Part shown: positions 8,791 through 17,246 of the stretch, piece after piece | Layout: each line of letters begins with the position of its first letter | Position numbering within the stretch: the stretch's first letter is position 1 | Program-made: the position numbers and the translations under genes | From: Segeticoccus sp. | GTDB lineage: Bacteria > Actinomycetota > Actinomycetes > Actinomycetales > Dermatophilaceae | DNA length: 64,000 nucleotides | Direction of reading: 5' to 3' | NCBI GenBank assembly: GCA_035690725.1 | Contig: DASSKF010000117.1 | Span: forward strand, 1,360 to 65,359 | The notes under the pieces: model-generated | What the model was told of the DNA's origin: nothing | The model's database searches: none | Seen by the model: the letters and a program-made list of their open reading frames with translations, nothing else

Positions 8791-10371
8791 ATGGCTCCCC
8801 TGAAGCGACGTGATTTTCTTGCCAGTGCGGCCGGTGTGGCCACACTCGCCACGCTCTCCGGCATCGCCGCCCCCGGCGCCCTCGCCGCCGCGCACCCGGA
8901 CGACTGCGCGGTCGATCCGAACGCGCCGAAGCACCAGCTGCGCGGCATGTGGATCGCCACCGTGGTGAACATCGACTGGCCGAGCCGACCCGGCCTCCCG
9001 GCCGCCGAGCAGCAGGCCGAGCTCATCGACCTGTACGACACCGCGGTGGCGCGCGGCTACAACACCGTCGTCCTGCAGGTCCGTCCCACGGCGGACGCGT
9101 TCTGGCCCTCGCGAATCGAGCCCTGGTCGAAGTACCTGACCGGCACGCAGGGCGAGGACCCGGGCTACGACCCACTGGGATTCGCGATCGAGCAGGCGCA
9201 CGCCCGCAACCTCAAGGTCCACGGTTGGTTCAACCCGCACCGGGTGAGCATGGACACCGACCTGGACGCGCTCGTGCCGACCCACCCCGCACGCCAGCAC
9301 CCGGAGTGGGTGGTGGCCTACGGGCCGAAGCTGTACTACGACCCCGGGGTCCCCGACGTCCGGCGCCACAACATCGCCGCGATCATGGACGCCGTCACCC
9401 GCTACGACCTCGACGGCGTGCACTTCGACGACTACTTCTACCCCTACCCGGTCGGCGACGAGGACTTCCCCGACGAGGACACGTTCGCGCGGTACGGCGC
9501 GGGGTTCGACGACAAGGACGAGTGGCGCCGCGACAACATCAACACGCTGATCCTCGAGCTGGCCGAAGCGATCCACGACGCGAAGCCGGACGTCCAGTTC
9601 GGCGTGAGCCCGTTCGCGGTGTGGCGCAACGTCGCCACCGACCCCCGCGGCTCGGCCACCACCGCGGGCGCCGAGTGCTATGACGACCTGTATGCCGACA
9701 CGCGCCGCTGGGTGCGCGAGGAGTGGCTGGACTACATCGCGCCACAGGTCTACTGGGCGGAGGGCTTCGCGCCGGCGGACTACGACGTCCTCGTCGAATG
9801 GTGGGCCCGGCAGCTACGCGAGTCCGGTTCGCACACAAGGCTCTTCATCGGCCAGGCCGTCTACAAGATCGGCACCTCGACACAGTCCCCGGAGTGGATC
9901 CAGGACCCACAGGAGATGTCCAACCACCTCACCTTCAACCTGCAGTACCCGGAGGTCGCCGGCGACATCTTCTACAACGCCTCGTCGGTGGTCGCCGACC
10001 GGCTCGGTGCGATGAGCCGGGTGACCGAGCAGCACTACCAGCACCCCGCGCTGGTGCCGACCATGCCGTGGCTGGACCGCCATCCGCCGACACCCGTCGC
10101 GCAGCTGCAGGCCCGGACCGGCGCGCTGGGCGTGCGGCTCTCCTGGCGCGGCACGGGCCGCCCCGCGACGACGTATGCCGTCTACCGGTTCACCGGTCGT
10201 CCCCGGGCGTGCGACCTCGCCGACGCGAGCCACCTCGTGGCGCTGGTCCCGGCCGTCCCCGGTGACCAGCGGGTGCACTGGGTCGACTCCTCGACGAGCG
10301 GTGGCACGTACGCCGTGACGGCGGTCGACCGGCTCGGCAACGAGAGCCGCTGGCAGGTGGTCGCGGGCTGA
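8791..10371 (+). CDS. Glycoside hydrolase-like family 10 (GHL10/DUF187, YngK-like) protein, Tat-exported
   Basis: Twin-arginine signal [38 protein letters not shown] and [18 protein letters not shown] are typical of the GHL10 family. Confidence 0.8.
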   Translation: MAPLKRRDFLASAAGVATLATLSGIAAPGALAAAHPDDCAVDPNAPKHQLRGMWIATVVNIDWPSRPGLPAAEQQAELIDLYDTAVARGYNTVVLQVRPTADAFWPSRIEPWSKYLTGTQGEDPGYDPLGFAIEQAHARNLKVHGWFNPHRVSMDTDLDALVPTHPARQHPEWVVAYGPKLYYDPGVPDVRRHNIAAIMDAVTRYDLDGVHFDDYFYPYPVGDEDFPDEDTFARYGAGFDDKDEWRRDNINTLILELAEAIHDAKPDVQFGVSPFAVWRNVATDPRGSATTAGAECYDDLYADTRRWVREEWLDYIAPQVYWAEGFAPADYDVLVEWWARQLRESGSHTRLFIGQAVYKIGTSTQSPEWIQDPQEMSNHLTFNLQYPEVAGDIFYNASSVVADRLGAMSRVTEQHYQHPALVPTMPWLDRHPPTPVAQLQARTGALGVRLSWRGTGRPATTYAVYRFTGRPRACDLADASHLVALVPAVPGDQRVHWVDSSTSGGTYAVTAVDRLGNESRWQVVAG

Positions 10372-10402
10372 GCGAGGTGAGCGCGCCGCATACCATCGGG
10401 GC

Positions 10403-11113
10403 ATGGCACTCTTCGGCACACCCCGCACGCTTCCGACCCGGGACGAGGCGCTGCCCGGCCGACCCGATCCGCTGCCGGGCGTCCCCGACCGGCACGAGGT
10501 GCTCGGCACGTCGATGCACGGCCCGTGGCTCGAGGGGACGCAGGTGCTCCACGTCGCGATGGGGTGCTTCTGGGGCGCCGAGCGGATCTTCTGGCGACTG
10601 CCCGGGGTGGTGACGACCGCGGCCGGCTACATGGGCGGCCACACCCCGAACCCGATCTACGAGGAGGTGTGCAGCGGACGCACCGGGCACGCCGAGGCGG
10701 TGCTCGTCGCCTACGACCCCGCGCAGACCTCGCCCGAGCAGCTGCTCCAGGCCTTCTGGGAGAACCACGACCCGACGCAGGGCCACCGGCAGGGCAACGA
10801 CCGGGGGACGCAGTACCGCTCGGCGATCTACTGGACCACGCCGGAGCAGGAGCGGGCCGCCCGTGCGACGCGGGAGGCCTTCCAGAAGGTGCTCTCCGAC
10901 AACGGGTTCGGCGAGATCACCACCGAGCTGCGCCCGGTGGACGGCGACGAGGGGGCGGGGCCGTTCTACTACGCCGAGGGCTACCACCAGCAGTACCTCC
11001 ACAAGAACCCGAACGGCTACTGCAACCACGGGCCGAACGGCATGACCTGCCCCGTCGGGATGGTGCGTCAGGACCAGGTCCCGGCCCAGCAGTCGATCGA
11101 GCCGCCGGCCTAG
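10403..11113 (+). CDS. msrA: Peptide-methionine (S)-S-oxide reductase
   Basis: Catalytic GCFWGAE motif, then [26 protein letters not shown] and [13 protein letters not shown]. Confidence 0.92.
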   Translation: MALFGTPRTLPTRDEALPGRPDPLPGVPDRHEVLGTSMHGPWLEGTQVLHVAMGCFWGAERIFWRLPGVVTTAAGYMGGHTPNPIYEEVCSGRTGHAEAVLVAYDPAQTSPEQLLQAFWENHDPTQGHRQGNDRGTQYRSAIYWTTPEQERAARATREAFQKVLSDNGFGEITTELRPVDGDEGAGPFYYAEGYHQQYLHKNPNGYCNHGPNGMTCPVGMVRQDQVPAQQSIEPPA

Positions 11114-11188
11114 CTCCCAGCACGGGCCCACCACTCGTGGGAAATGATCGTGGGGACACGTGGGCAGATCGTGCACTGAAGCCAACGA

Positions 11189-11500
11189 TCATTGCCCACG
11201 AGCGCGGCGCGCGAGCTGTCGTGCGCGGCGCAGCGGCTCCGGTGTCCCGTGCGGGCCGTGCGCAGCACGACCCCGACGGCGGTGTCGAGGTCGGTGCGCC
11301 AGCCCGGGTGGACGGCGAGCGGCCGGGTCCCCTGCCGGGTGCCCCGTGGCGTCGACCAGCAGCACGTGGGGTGCGACGCCGAGCCGGCGCACGACGTCGT
11401 CGAGCAGCGACCCGGGCCGCAGGGCAGCGGTCCACCCCTGCGGGTCGAGCACGGACAGCCGGACCTGCAGGTGGCGCAGTCGGCCCGGATCGGCCGGCCA
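11189..11500 (-). pseudogene. nfi: Endonuclease V (nfi) remnant with internal deletion and frameshifts
   Basis: Frame c: WPADPGRLRHLQVRL...PGSLLDDVVRRLGVAPHVLLVDATGHP (compare E. coli PGFLSFRE...PDLVFVDGHGISHP). Frame a: TRPLAVHPGWRTDLDTAVGVVLRTARTGH. Frame c again: TPEPLRRARQLARRARGQ* (compare E. coli PLFIATGHRVSVDSALAWV...YRLPEPTRWAD). The central catalytic region is missing and there is no usable start codon. Confidence 0.55.
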
Positions 11501-11507
11501 GGCCTGC

Positions 11508-11828
11508 TCAGCGGACGGCCATCTCGCCGAGCTCGTCCCAGCCCTCCCCGTCGAGCTGGACGTTGCGGACCCGCGGGGTCTCCTGCAGGTAGCGAGGCAG
11601 CTCCTCGGTCGCGGTGCGGAAGTGGTCGCTGCCCACGTGCGGCTCCGCGCCGTCGTCGGTGAACGCCTCCAGCAGGACGTACTCGTTCGGGTCGTCCAGG
11701 CTGCGGGACCAGTCGAACCACAGGTTGCCCGGCTCCGCCCGCGTCGCCTCGGTGAACGCGCGGGTCAGCTCGGGCCACTGGTCGGCGTGCTCCGGCTTCA
11801 CGGTGAACCGGGCGGCGATGAAGATCAT
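11508..11828 (-). CDS. Antibiotic-biosynthesis-monooxygenase (ABM) domain protein
   Basis: MIFIAARFTVKPEHADQWPELTRAFTEATRAEPGNLWFDWSRS...LLEAFTDDGAEPHVGSDHF. Start ATG 11828 preceded by AGGAGGAGGA. Confidence 0.8.
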   Translation of the reverse strand: MIFIAARFTVKPEHADQWPELTRAFTEATRAEPGNLWFDWSRSLDDPNEYVLLEAFTDDGAEPHVGSDHFRTATEELPRYLQETPRVRNVQLDGEGWDELGEMAVR

Positions 11829-11965
11829 CGGGTCCTCCTCCTGCCTGGTCGGCACTGGCTCCGCCCACCCTCGCACAGCCGCCGGCAGGAGGTCCTGCCT
11901 CCGCGAGCCGCGCCCCGACACCCGACACCCGCCACCCGAGTCAGCACGCGCTCCCCGTGGCGGGA

Positions 11966-11986
11966 ATTGAGTCGACTCGACTCAAG
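11966..11986. promoter_or_regulatory. HspR-associated inverted repeat (HAIR) operator upstream of hsp20
   Basis: aTTGAGT-CGACTCG-ACTCAAG matches the HAIR consensus CTTGAGT-N7-ACTCAAG at 13 of 14 arm positions. It lies about 50 nt upstream of the hsp20 start. Confidence 0.7.
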
Positions 11987-12036
11987 TTGTCACTGGTGAG
12001 AGGTCCGGGAGGTCCGGACCACCACCGAGGAGACCA

Positions 12037-12540
12037 ATGGAACGCATGCTGATGACCCGGCGCGACCCCTTCGTGGAGCTCGACGCCCTGGTGCGGCGGG
12101 CCCTTCCGACCCCACCGCGCGCGACCGTCGGCTTCACGCCCGCCGCCGAGACCCGCCGGGACGGCGACGACGCGATCGTGCGGCTCGAGCTGCCCGGGAT
12201 GGACCCGGCGACGGACGTGACCGTGGAGGTCGATGGCGGCCGCCTCGTCGTGAGCGGCGAGCGCCGCGACGAGCACACGGACGACCACGGTGGCCGGACC
12301 CTGCGCGAGATGCGCTACGGCTCCTTCCGTCGCACCTTCGCCCTGCCCGAGCACATCACCGCCGACGCGGTCAGCGCATCCTCCGAGGAGGGCATCCTGA
12401 CCGTGCGGGTGAGCGGTGCGTATGCCGGCACGCAACCGCGCCGGATCGCTGTCACGTCCGCTGCCCCGGCCGTGGAGCACTCGGAGGTCGCCGGGGACGA
12501 GCCGGCCGCCGGTCCCGCGCCGGAGCCGCAGGAGGACTGA
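12037..12540 (+). CDS. Hsp20/alpha-crystallin family small heat-shock protein
   Basis: Alpha-crystallin domain: DDAIVRLELPGMDPATDVTVEVDGGRLVVSGERRDE...RYGSFRRTFALPEHITADAVSASSEEGILTVRV. RBS GAGGAGA. Confidence 0.9.
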   Translation: MERMLMTRRDPFVELDALVRRALPTPPRATVGFTPAAETRRDGDDAIVRLELPGMDPATDVTVEVDGGRLVVSGERRDEHTDDHGGRTLREMRYGSFRRTFALPEHITADAVSASSEEGILTVRVSGAYAGTQPRRIAVTSAAPAVEHSEVAGDEPAAGPAPEPQED

Positions 12541-12553
12541 GCAGCCAAGCGGC

Positions 12554-13450
12554 TCAGCGCGCGCCGAACCGTTCGAGTGCGCGCTGCAGGACGACGTCCG
12601 GGCGGTCGTCGACGAGGAAGTGCGATGCACCCTCGACGAGCTCCACTCGCAGGTCGTCGCAGTGCCGCTCGTAGCCGTGCACGACGTCGGGACCCAGCGG
12701 GTCCTCGGCCCCGACGAGGACGGTGGTGGGCGTGGTCAGCCGCTGGCCGGCATACCGGCCGGTGAGGATGCGCACGCCCTCCGGCTGGATGAAGTGGCGG
12801 TAGAGCAGGGAGCCGGCCCGCGCGCGGGCCGGCTCCCTGAACGGCGCAAGGAAGTGCTCGATGTCATCCTCGGAGAAGGCGTCTCGCGCGCTGAAGCCCT
12901 GCAGCACCCGCCGCAGCAGGCGCTGCCGACCGGCGCGCAGGGAACGGGCACCGAGCCCAGGCACGGGCAGGACGAGGTTGAACCAAGTCCGGGTCACCAT
13001 GACCGGCGCCAACCTGGGGTCGGGGGCGAAGAACGGCGGGGGGATGCTCAGCGCCAGGTGGCTCCGGACCCGTTCCGGGTGGCGCAGGCACAGCTGGTAG
13101 CCGACCAGCGAGCCCCAGTCGTGCGTCAACAGGTGGACCTGGTCGAGTTCGAGCACGTCCAGCAGGGCGAGGACGTCCGCGAGGAGCTGGTCGCGGCCGT
13201 ACCCGTGCGCGGGTGCATCGGTCCACCCGGAGCCGCGCAGGTCGGGGCAGAGCACCCGGTGCCGGTCGGCCAGCCCTGGCAGGACCCGCCGCCACTGCCA
13301 CCAGTGCTGGGGAAAGCCGTGCAGGGCGAGAACCGGTGTGCCGGAACCGCTCTCGGCGACGTGGACCCGCAGGTCCGGGAGCTGGACGAAGCGGTGGGAC
13401 ACCGGCGCTCCCGCCGCGAGGGTGGGTCCGCTCCAGATGTGTTCGGTCAC
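12554..13450 (-). CDS. Alpha/beta hydrolase (epoxide hydrolase/haloalkane dehalogenase-like)
   Basis: LALHGFPQHWWQWRR and THDWGSLVGY (nucleophile elbow). Start trimmed to GTG 13450 (VTEHIWSG), so that the palindrome at 13462-13477 is intergenic. Confidence 0.8.
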   Translation of the reverse strand: MTEHIWSGPTLAAGAPVSHRFVQLPDLRVHVAESGSGTPVLALHGFPQHWWQWRRVLPGLADRHRVLCPDLRGSGWTDAPAHGYGRDQLLADVLALLDVLELDQVHLLTHDWGSLVGYQLCLRHPERVRSHLALSIPPPFFAPDPRLAPVMVTRTWFNLVLPVPGLGARSLRAGRQRLLRRVLQGFSARDAFSEDDIEHFLAPFREPARARAGSLLYRHFIQPEGVRILTGRYAGQRLTTPTTVLVGAEDPLGPDVVHGYERHCDDLRVELVEGASHFLVDDRPDVVLQRALERFGAR

Positions 13451-13461
13451 GCCGGCCACGC

Positions 13462-13477
13462 TACTACGTTCGTAGTA
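13462..13477. promoter_or_regulatory. Perfect palindrome TACTACG-TT-CGTAGTA, candidate TetR operator in a divergent promoter region
   Basis: 7-2-7 inverted repeat in the 53-nt gap between the hydrolase (-) and the TetR gene (+). It is relatively AT-rich compared with its surroundings. Confidence 0.5.
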
Positions 13478-13503
13478 CTGCAGCACTATGTTTATGGTGA
13501 CTC

Positions 13504-14046
13504 GTGCCCCCGACCCGCGAACGCGTCCTCGACGCAGCGGTCGACCTGCTCGCGGAGGGCGGGGTGCGCGCCCTCACCCACCTGAGGGTCGACGACCGCG
13601 CGGGCCTGCCGAGGGGGTCCACCTCCAACCACTTCCGTACCCGGTCCGCGCTCGTGTCCGGGGTCGTGGACCGCATCCTCGAGCTGGAGGTCCCGGAGGT
13701 GGGCCGCGCGTTCGAACCGACCTCGCTCGACGAGCTGGTCGACGGCATGTGTGCGCTCTACCGGCGGACGACCGTCACGAACCGCACGCTGACGGCCGCC
13801 CGGCTCGCGCTGTTCGTCGAGGCACGCCACCAACCCGACCTGGGCGAGGCGCTGTCCCGCGGACGGGCCGCGATGGTCGAGCAGATCGTGCCCACCCTGG
13901 ACCGCATCGGCGCCCGGGATCCCGAGGTCGCCGCGCGCGCGATCGCTTCCTGCTTCGAGGGGCTGATCCTGCACGACGTCGCCCGGGGTGACCGCTCCGA
14001 CCCCGAGCCCGTGCTGCGGCTGGTCGTCCGGGGGGCGCTGGCCTGA
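13504..14046 (+). CDS. TetR/AcrR family transcriptional regulator
   Basis: N-terminal HTH RERVLDAAVDLLAEGGVRALTHLRVDDRAGLPRGSTSNHFRTRSAL. Confidence 0.88.
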   Translation: MPPTRERVLDAAVDLLAEGGVRALTHLRVDDRAGLPRGSTSNHFRTRSALVSGVVDRILELEVPEVGRAFEPTSLDELVDGMCALYRRTTVTNRTLTAARLALFVEARHQPDLGEALSRGRAAMVEQIVPTLDRIGARDPEVAARAIASCFEGLILHDVARGDRSDPEPVLRLVVRGALA

Positions 14047-14107
14047 CGTCCAGGCCGGTGTGGTGTCGCGGTCGCCGGGCGTCCTCCCGGCGGGGACACT
14101 GGAGCGC

Positions 14108-14332
14108 GTGATCCTGGTCCTGGGCCTGAAGGCGTACCTCACCGTGCTCGACACCGTGGTCGCCACCTGCGAGACCTGCGGCAACACCGGGGTGCACGAG
14201 CTGGCCGAGCAGGTGCACAAGCTCACGTTCTTCTTCATCCCGCTGTTCCCCGTCCGGAGGTCCTACGTGGACACCTGCCGGATCTGCGGGCGCCGCCAGC
14301 AGGTGCCCCGGGAGCAGGCGGTCCGCCCGTGA
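14108..14332 (+). CDS. Small zinc-ribbon domain membrane protein
   Basis: VILVLGLKAYLTVLDTVVATCETCGNTGVHELAEQVHKLTFFFIPLFPVRRSYVDTCRICGR. Two CxxC pairs flank a hydrophobic hairpin, a pattern I recognise from a conserved small actinobacterial zinc-ribbon family. Start GTG 14108 chosen inside track ORF 13988..14332. Confidence 0.6.
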   Translation: MILVLGLKAYLTVLDTVVATCETCGNTGVHELAEQVHKLTFFFIPLFPVRRSYVDTCRICGRRQQVPREQAVRP

Positions 14333-14376
14333 TCGTTGTGGCGAAATGGTCGCTGGGGCAGCCATCCGGTCACCAT

Positions 14377-14435
14377 GATCGGCGCCGTCGATCGGGGGGC
14401 AACGATCGGCGGGGTCGATCGGCGGCAACGATCGG
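14377..14435. repeat. Five phased GATCGG motifs (about 13-nt period) in a convergent intergenic region
   Basis: GATCGGCGCCGTC GATCGGGGGGCAAC GATCGGCGGGGTC GATCGGCGGCAAC GATCGGCACGG. Motif starts at 14377, 14390, 14404, 14417 and 14430. Confidence 0.7.
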
Positions 14436-14479
14436 CACGGTGCCGGTCGGCGGAGCGGCCAGAATGCGACGCCCGGAGA

Positions 14480-15106
14480 TCAGGCGTCGACCCAGACCTC
14501 GCCGACCTGGTGCACGGCGGATCCGCCACCGGTCGCCACCGCCACCGTGGCGGACACCGCCTCCAGCTCCTCCGGCGCGACCGCGAGCCGGAAGGTGACG
14601 CGCTCGGCGTACCGCACGTCCCGGACCACGGCGCCGGTCAGGCGCAACTCGTGCTCCAGCCGGCCCGCGACCGCGTGGTCGGCCGTCGCCTCGACCACCT
14701 GACGCAGCTCCCGGGAGCGGAACTGCGCTGCTGCCAACGCTTCCCGCACCGCTTGGGCGTAGGCGCGGGTGAGGCCACCGGTGCCGAGGAGCACCCCACC
14801 GAACCAACGGGTCACCACCGCCGCGACGTCGCTGACGTCCTGTCCGCGCAGCACGTCCAGCATCGGCGCGCCGGCAGTGCCGGACGGCTCGCCGTCGTCG
14901 CTGGACCGCTCCAGCTCGCCGCGCGGACCGATGACGAACGCCGAACAGTGGTGCCCGGCACCGGGGTGGGCACTCCGGCACCGCTCGACGACCGCCCGGG
15001 CATCCTCCTCGGATTCCACCCGCTCCAGCGTGCAGCGGAAGCGGGACCGCCTGACCTCCACCTCGGCCGTCGCGGGGCCGGCGAGGGTGCGGTAGGTCGA
15101 GGACAC
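14480..15106 (-). CDS. YigZ/IMPACT family (UPF0029) protein
   Basis: EVRRSRFRCTLERVESEEDARAVVERCRSAHPGAGHHCSAFVIG...SSDDGEPSGTAGAPMLDVL...VVTRWFGGVLLGTGGLTRAY. Confidence 0.85.
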   Translation of the reverse strand: MSSTYRTLAGPATAEVEVRRSRFRCTLERVESEEDARAVVERCRSAHPGAGHHCSAFVIGPRGELERSSDDGEPSGTAGAPMLDVLRGQDVSDVAAVVTRWFGGVLLGTGGLTRAYAQAVREALAAAQFRSRELRQVVEATADHAVAGRLEHELRLTGAVVRDVRYAERVTFRLAVAPEELEAVSATVAVATGGGSAVHQVGEVWVDA

Positions 15107-15156
15107 CCGGCGAGGCTAGCGCGACCGGGGGCGCGTCCCCACGGCTTCGTCGGCGC

Positions 15157-15700
15157 TCAGGTGCCGGCCAGCTCGCCCACCACCGGCGCGAACGCGTCGC
15201 CGAACTCGCCGGACACCGTGACGTAGCTGATCCCGCTGCGTTCGCGCAGGCCGCGCAGGTGGTCAGCCGCCTCGGCCGGGTCCGCGCTGACGACACCGAC
15301 GGCTCCCCGGTCCCGCAGCTCCTGCGCCGTCAGTCCCATCCGGTCCCGGACCCACGTGGGCAGGTGCGGCCAGGGCGAGCGTGTCGGCATACCGGCCGGC
15401 GAGGGCGAGCATCCGCGGGCCGGCGCCAGCGACGACCAGCCGCGGCCGGTCCGGCTGCTCGCGCATCCGGGCGAGGACGCGCTCGACGAGGTCCACCCGC
15501 TCCCCCCGGCGTGCCCCACTCGACGCCGAGCTGCTGGGCGTCGCGCTCCCCGCCGGGACGACCGGCCCCCAGCGGTGGAGAAGCCTTGGCCCTCGAGCCG
15601 GCGGGCGGCACCGGTCCTGCCCGGGGCGTCCCGGTGGGCCGCCGACGACGGCGCCGAAGCGGAAGGGTCGCTGCTGGGTGCTGCTCGTGCCCGCCATCAT
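15157..15700 (-). pseudogene. LLM-class (luciferase-like) F420-dependent oxidoreductase remnant, frameshifted and internally deleted
   Basis: Fragments sit in three frames. RPFRFGAVVGG (N-terminus). LGAGRPGGERDAQQLGVEWGTPGG. ERVDLVERVLARMREQPDRPRLVVAGAGPRMLALAGRYADTLALA. GLTAQELRDRGAVGVVSADPAEAADHLRGLRERSGISYVTVSGEFGDAFAPVVGELAG (C-terminus). The total is far shorter than the roughly 290 aa typical of this family. Confidence 0.6.
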
Positions 15701-15714
15701 GGTGGGTCCAGCAC

Positions 15715-16353
15715 TCAGCGGGGCGGTCGTGCCCGGCGGGGCGGCCCCGGGGCGTTGAGCCGGTAGCGCAGGCCGACCAGCCGGATCACGAAGCAGGCGG
15801 CGGCCGCCACGAGCGCCGCCGGGACGCCGTAGACCCCCAGCTTGATGGCCGCGACGGTGAGCGCGGCGCCGACCAGGGCGGGGATGGCGTAGAGGCCGCT
15901 GCGCAGCACCGAGGGCACCTTGCCGACGAAGACGTCGCGCAGGGTGCCGCCGCCGACGGCGGTGATGGCGCCGAGGATGACGGCCTGGCCGACGCCGAGC
16001 CCGAACTCCAGGGCCTTGCTCGAGCCGGTGACCGCGAACAGGCTCAGGCCCACGGCGTCGAGCACCGTGATGGGGCGGGACAGCCGGTCCAGCTGCTGGC
16101 CCAGGACGAAGGCCAGCAGGCCTCCACCCGCGGCGACGACGAGGTAGAGCCAGTCGCGGAACGTCGCCGGCGGGACGGCGCCGATGAGGACGTCCCGGAT
16201 GACGCCGCCGCCGAGCGCGGTCAGCATGCCGAGCGCCACCACGCCCACGATGTCGAGCTGGGCCGCCTTGAGCGCGGTCAGGGCGCCGTTGAGGCCGAAG
16301 GCGAAGGTGCCCGTGAGGTCGAGCGCGAGCAGCAGCGTCGACTGGGTGGACAT
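15715..16353 (-). CDS. Trimeric intracellular cation channel (TRIC/UPF0126, YadS-like) family membrane protein
   Basis: Two UPF0126 repeats: LDLTGTFAFGLNGALTA...ALGGGVIRDVLIG and LDAVGLSLFAVTGSSKA...AVGGGTLRDVFVG. Confidence 0.85.
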   Translation of the reverse strand: MSTQSTLLLALDLTGTFAFGLNGALTALKAAQLDIVGVVALGMLTALGGGVIRDVLIGAVPPATFRDWLYLVVAAGGGLLAFVLGQQLDRLSRPITVLDAVGLSLFAVTGSSKALEFGLGVGQAVILGAITAVGGGTLRDVFVGKVPSVLRSGLYAIPALVGAALTVAAIKLGVYGVPAALVAAAACFVIRLVGLRYRLNAPGPPRRARPPR

Positions 16354-16427
16354 GGGCCTTTGTCTACCGCACGGCGCTGCCCGCAGGCGCTTTGACCACG
16401 CCTCGCACGCGGGCCCATAGTCACCCC

Positions 16428-17207
16428 ATGCAGCCGATCGCCCTCGTGCGCCGCACCAGCGCCGCGCTCCGGGACGGGATCACCTCCCACATCGAGCGAC
16501 GTCCCGTCGATACCGACCTCGCCGAGCAGCAGCATCGCGCGTACTGCGCGGCGCTGGCCGACGCCGGCTACGACGTGCGCCACGTGCCGGACGCGCCCGA
16601 CCTGTCCGACGCCGTCTTCGTCGAGGACACCGCGGTCGTCGTCGACGACGTGGCCGTGCTCGCCCGGCCCGGCGCCGCCGAGCGCCGGGGCGAGGTGGCG
16701 GGCACCGAGCAGGTGCTGCGCGAGCTGGACCTGCGGCTGCACGCGATCACCTCGCCCGGGACGCTGGACGGCGGTGACGTCCTGCAGGTCGGCCGGACCG
16801 TCTACGTGGGCCGGGGCGGGCGGACCAACGGCCCCGGGATCACCCAGCTGCGTGCGCTGCTCGCTCCCCTCGACCGCACCGTCGTCCCGGTCCGGCTCAC
16901 CGAGGTGCTGCACCTGAAGTCGGCCGTCACCGCGCTGCCGGACCGCACCCTGCTCGTCCACCGCGAGCTGTTCGAGTCGGGCGCCCTGCCGGCGGCCCGG
17001 TCCGTGCCGGAGGAGGCCGGCTGCCACGTGGTCCCGCTGCACGACGGGTCCGTGCTCATCAGCGAGTCGGCGCCGCGCACCGGCGAGCTGCTCGAGGACC
17101 TGGGCTTCCGGACCCGGCCGGTCCCGATGAGCGAGTTCGAGAAGCGCGAGGGGTGCGTCACCTGCCTGAGCATCCTCGTGGACCCGGCGGCCGGCCGGGC
17201 CGGCTGA
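16428..17207 (+). CDS. Dimethylarginine dimethylaminohydrolase (DDAH)/amidinotransferase superfamily protein
   Basis: DAVFVEDTAVVV, GTLDGGDVLQVGRTVYVGRGGRTN, VLHLKSAVTAL and the C-terminal catalytic-Cys context EGCVTCLSILV. Start trimmed to MQPIAL (ATG 16428). Confidence 0.75.
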   Translation: MQPIALVRRTSAALRDGITSHIERRPVDTDLAEQQHRAYCAALADAGYDVRHVPDAPDLSDAVFVEDTAVVVDDVAVLARPGAAERRGEVAGTEQVLRELDLRLHAITSPGTLDGGDVLQVGRTVYVGRGGRTNGPGITQLRALLAPLDRTVVPVRLTEVLHLKSAVTALPDRTLLVHRELFESGALPAARSVPEEAGCHVVPLHDGSVLISESAPRTGELLEDLGFRTRPVPMSEFEKREGCVTCLSILVDPAAGRAG

Positions 17208-17246
17208 CGTCGCGCGGGCCGGTGCCCCGGCGGCCACACCTACGAT

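Noticed and set aside
8559-9576. Minus-strand ORFs 8559..9041 and 8692..9576 opposite the GHL10 gene
   Set aside because: They are antisense to a gene with a clear Tat signal and family motifs, and no motifs of their own were recognised.
11110-11928. 272-aa minus-strand ORF spanning the msrA/ABM interval
   Set aside because: It overlaps the well-supported ABM gene out of frame and is Arg/Gly/Pro-rich. Only a short internal piece (TRPLAVHPGWRTDLDTAVGVV) is meaningful, and that piece is explained by the endonuclease V remnant.
14377-14435. Possible mini-CRISPR array
   Set aside because: The repeat unit is only 13-14 nt with no unique spacers of phage-like length, there are only about 4.5 copies, and no cas genes are in the window.
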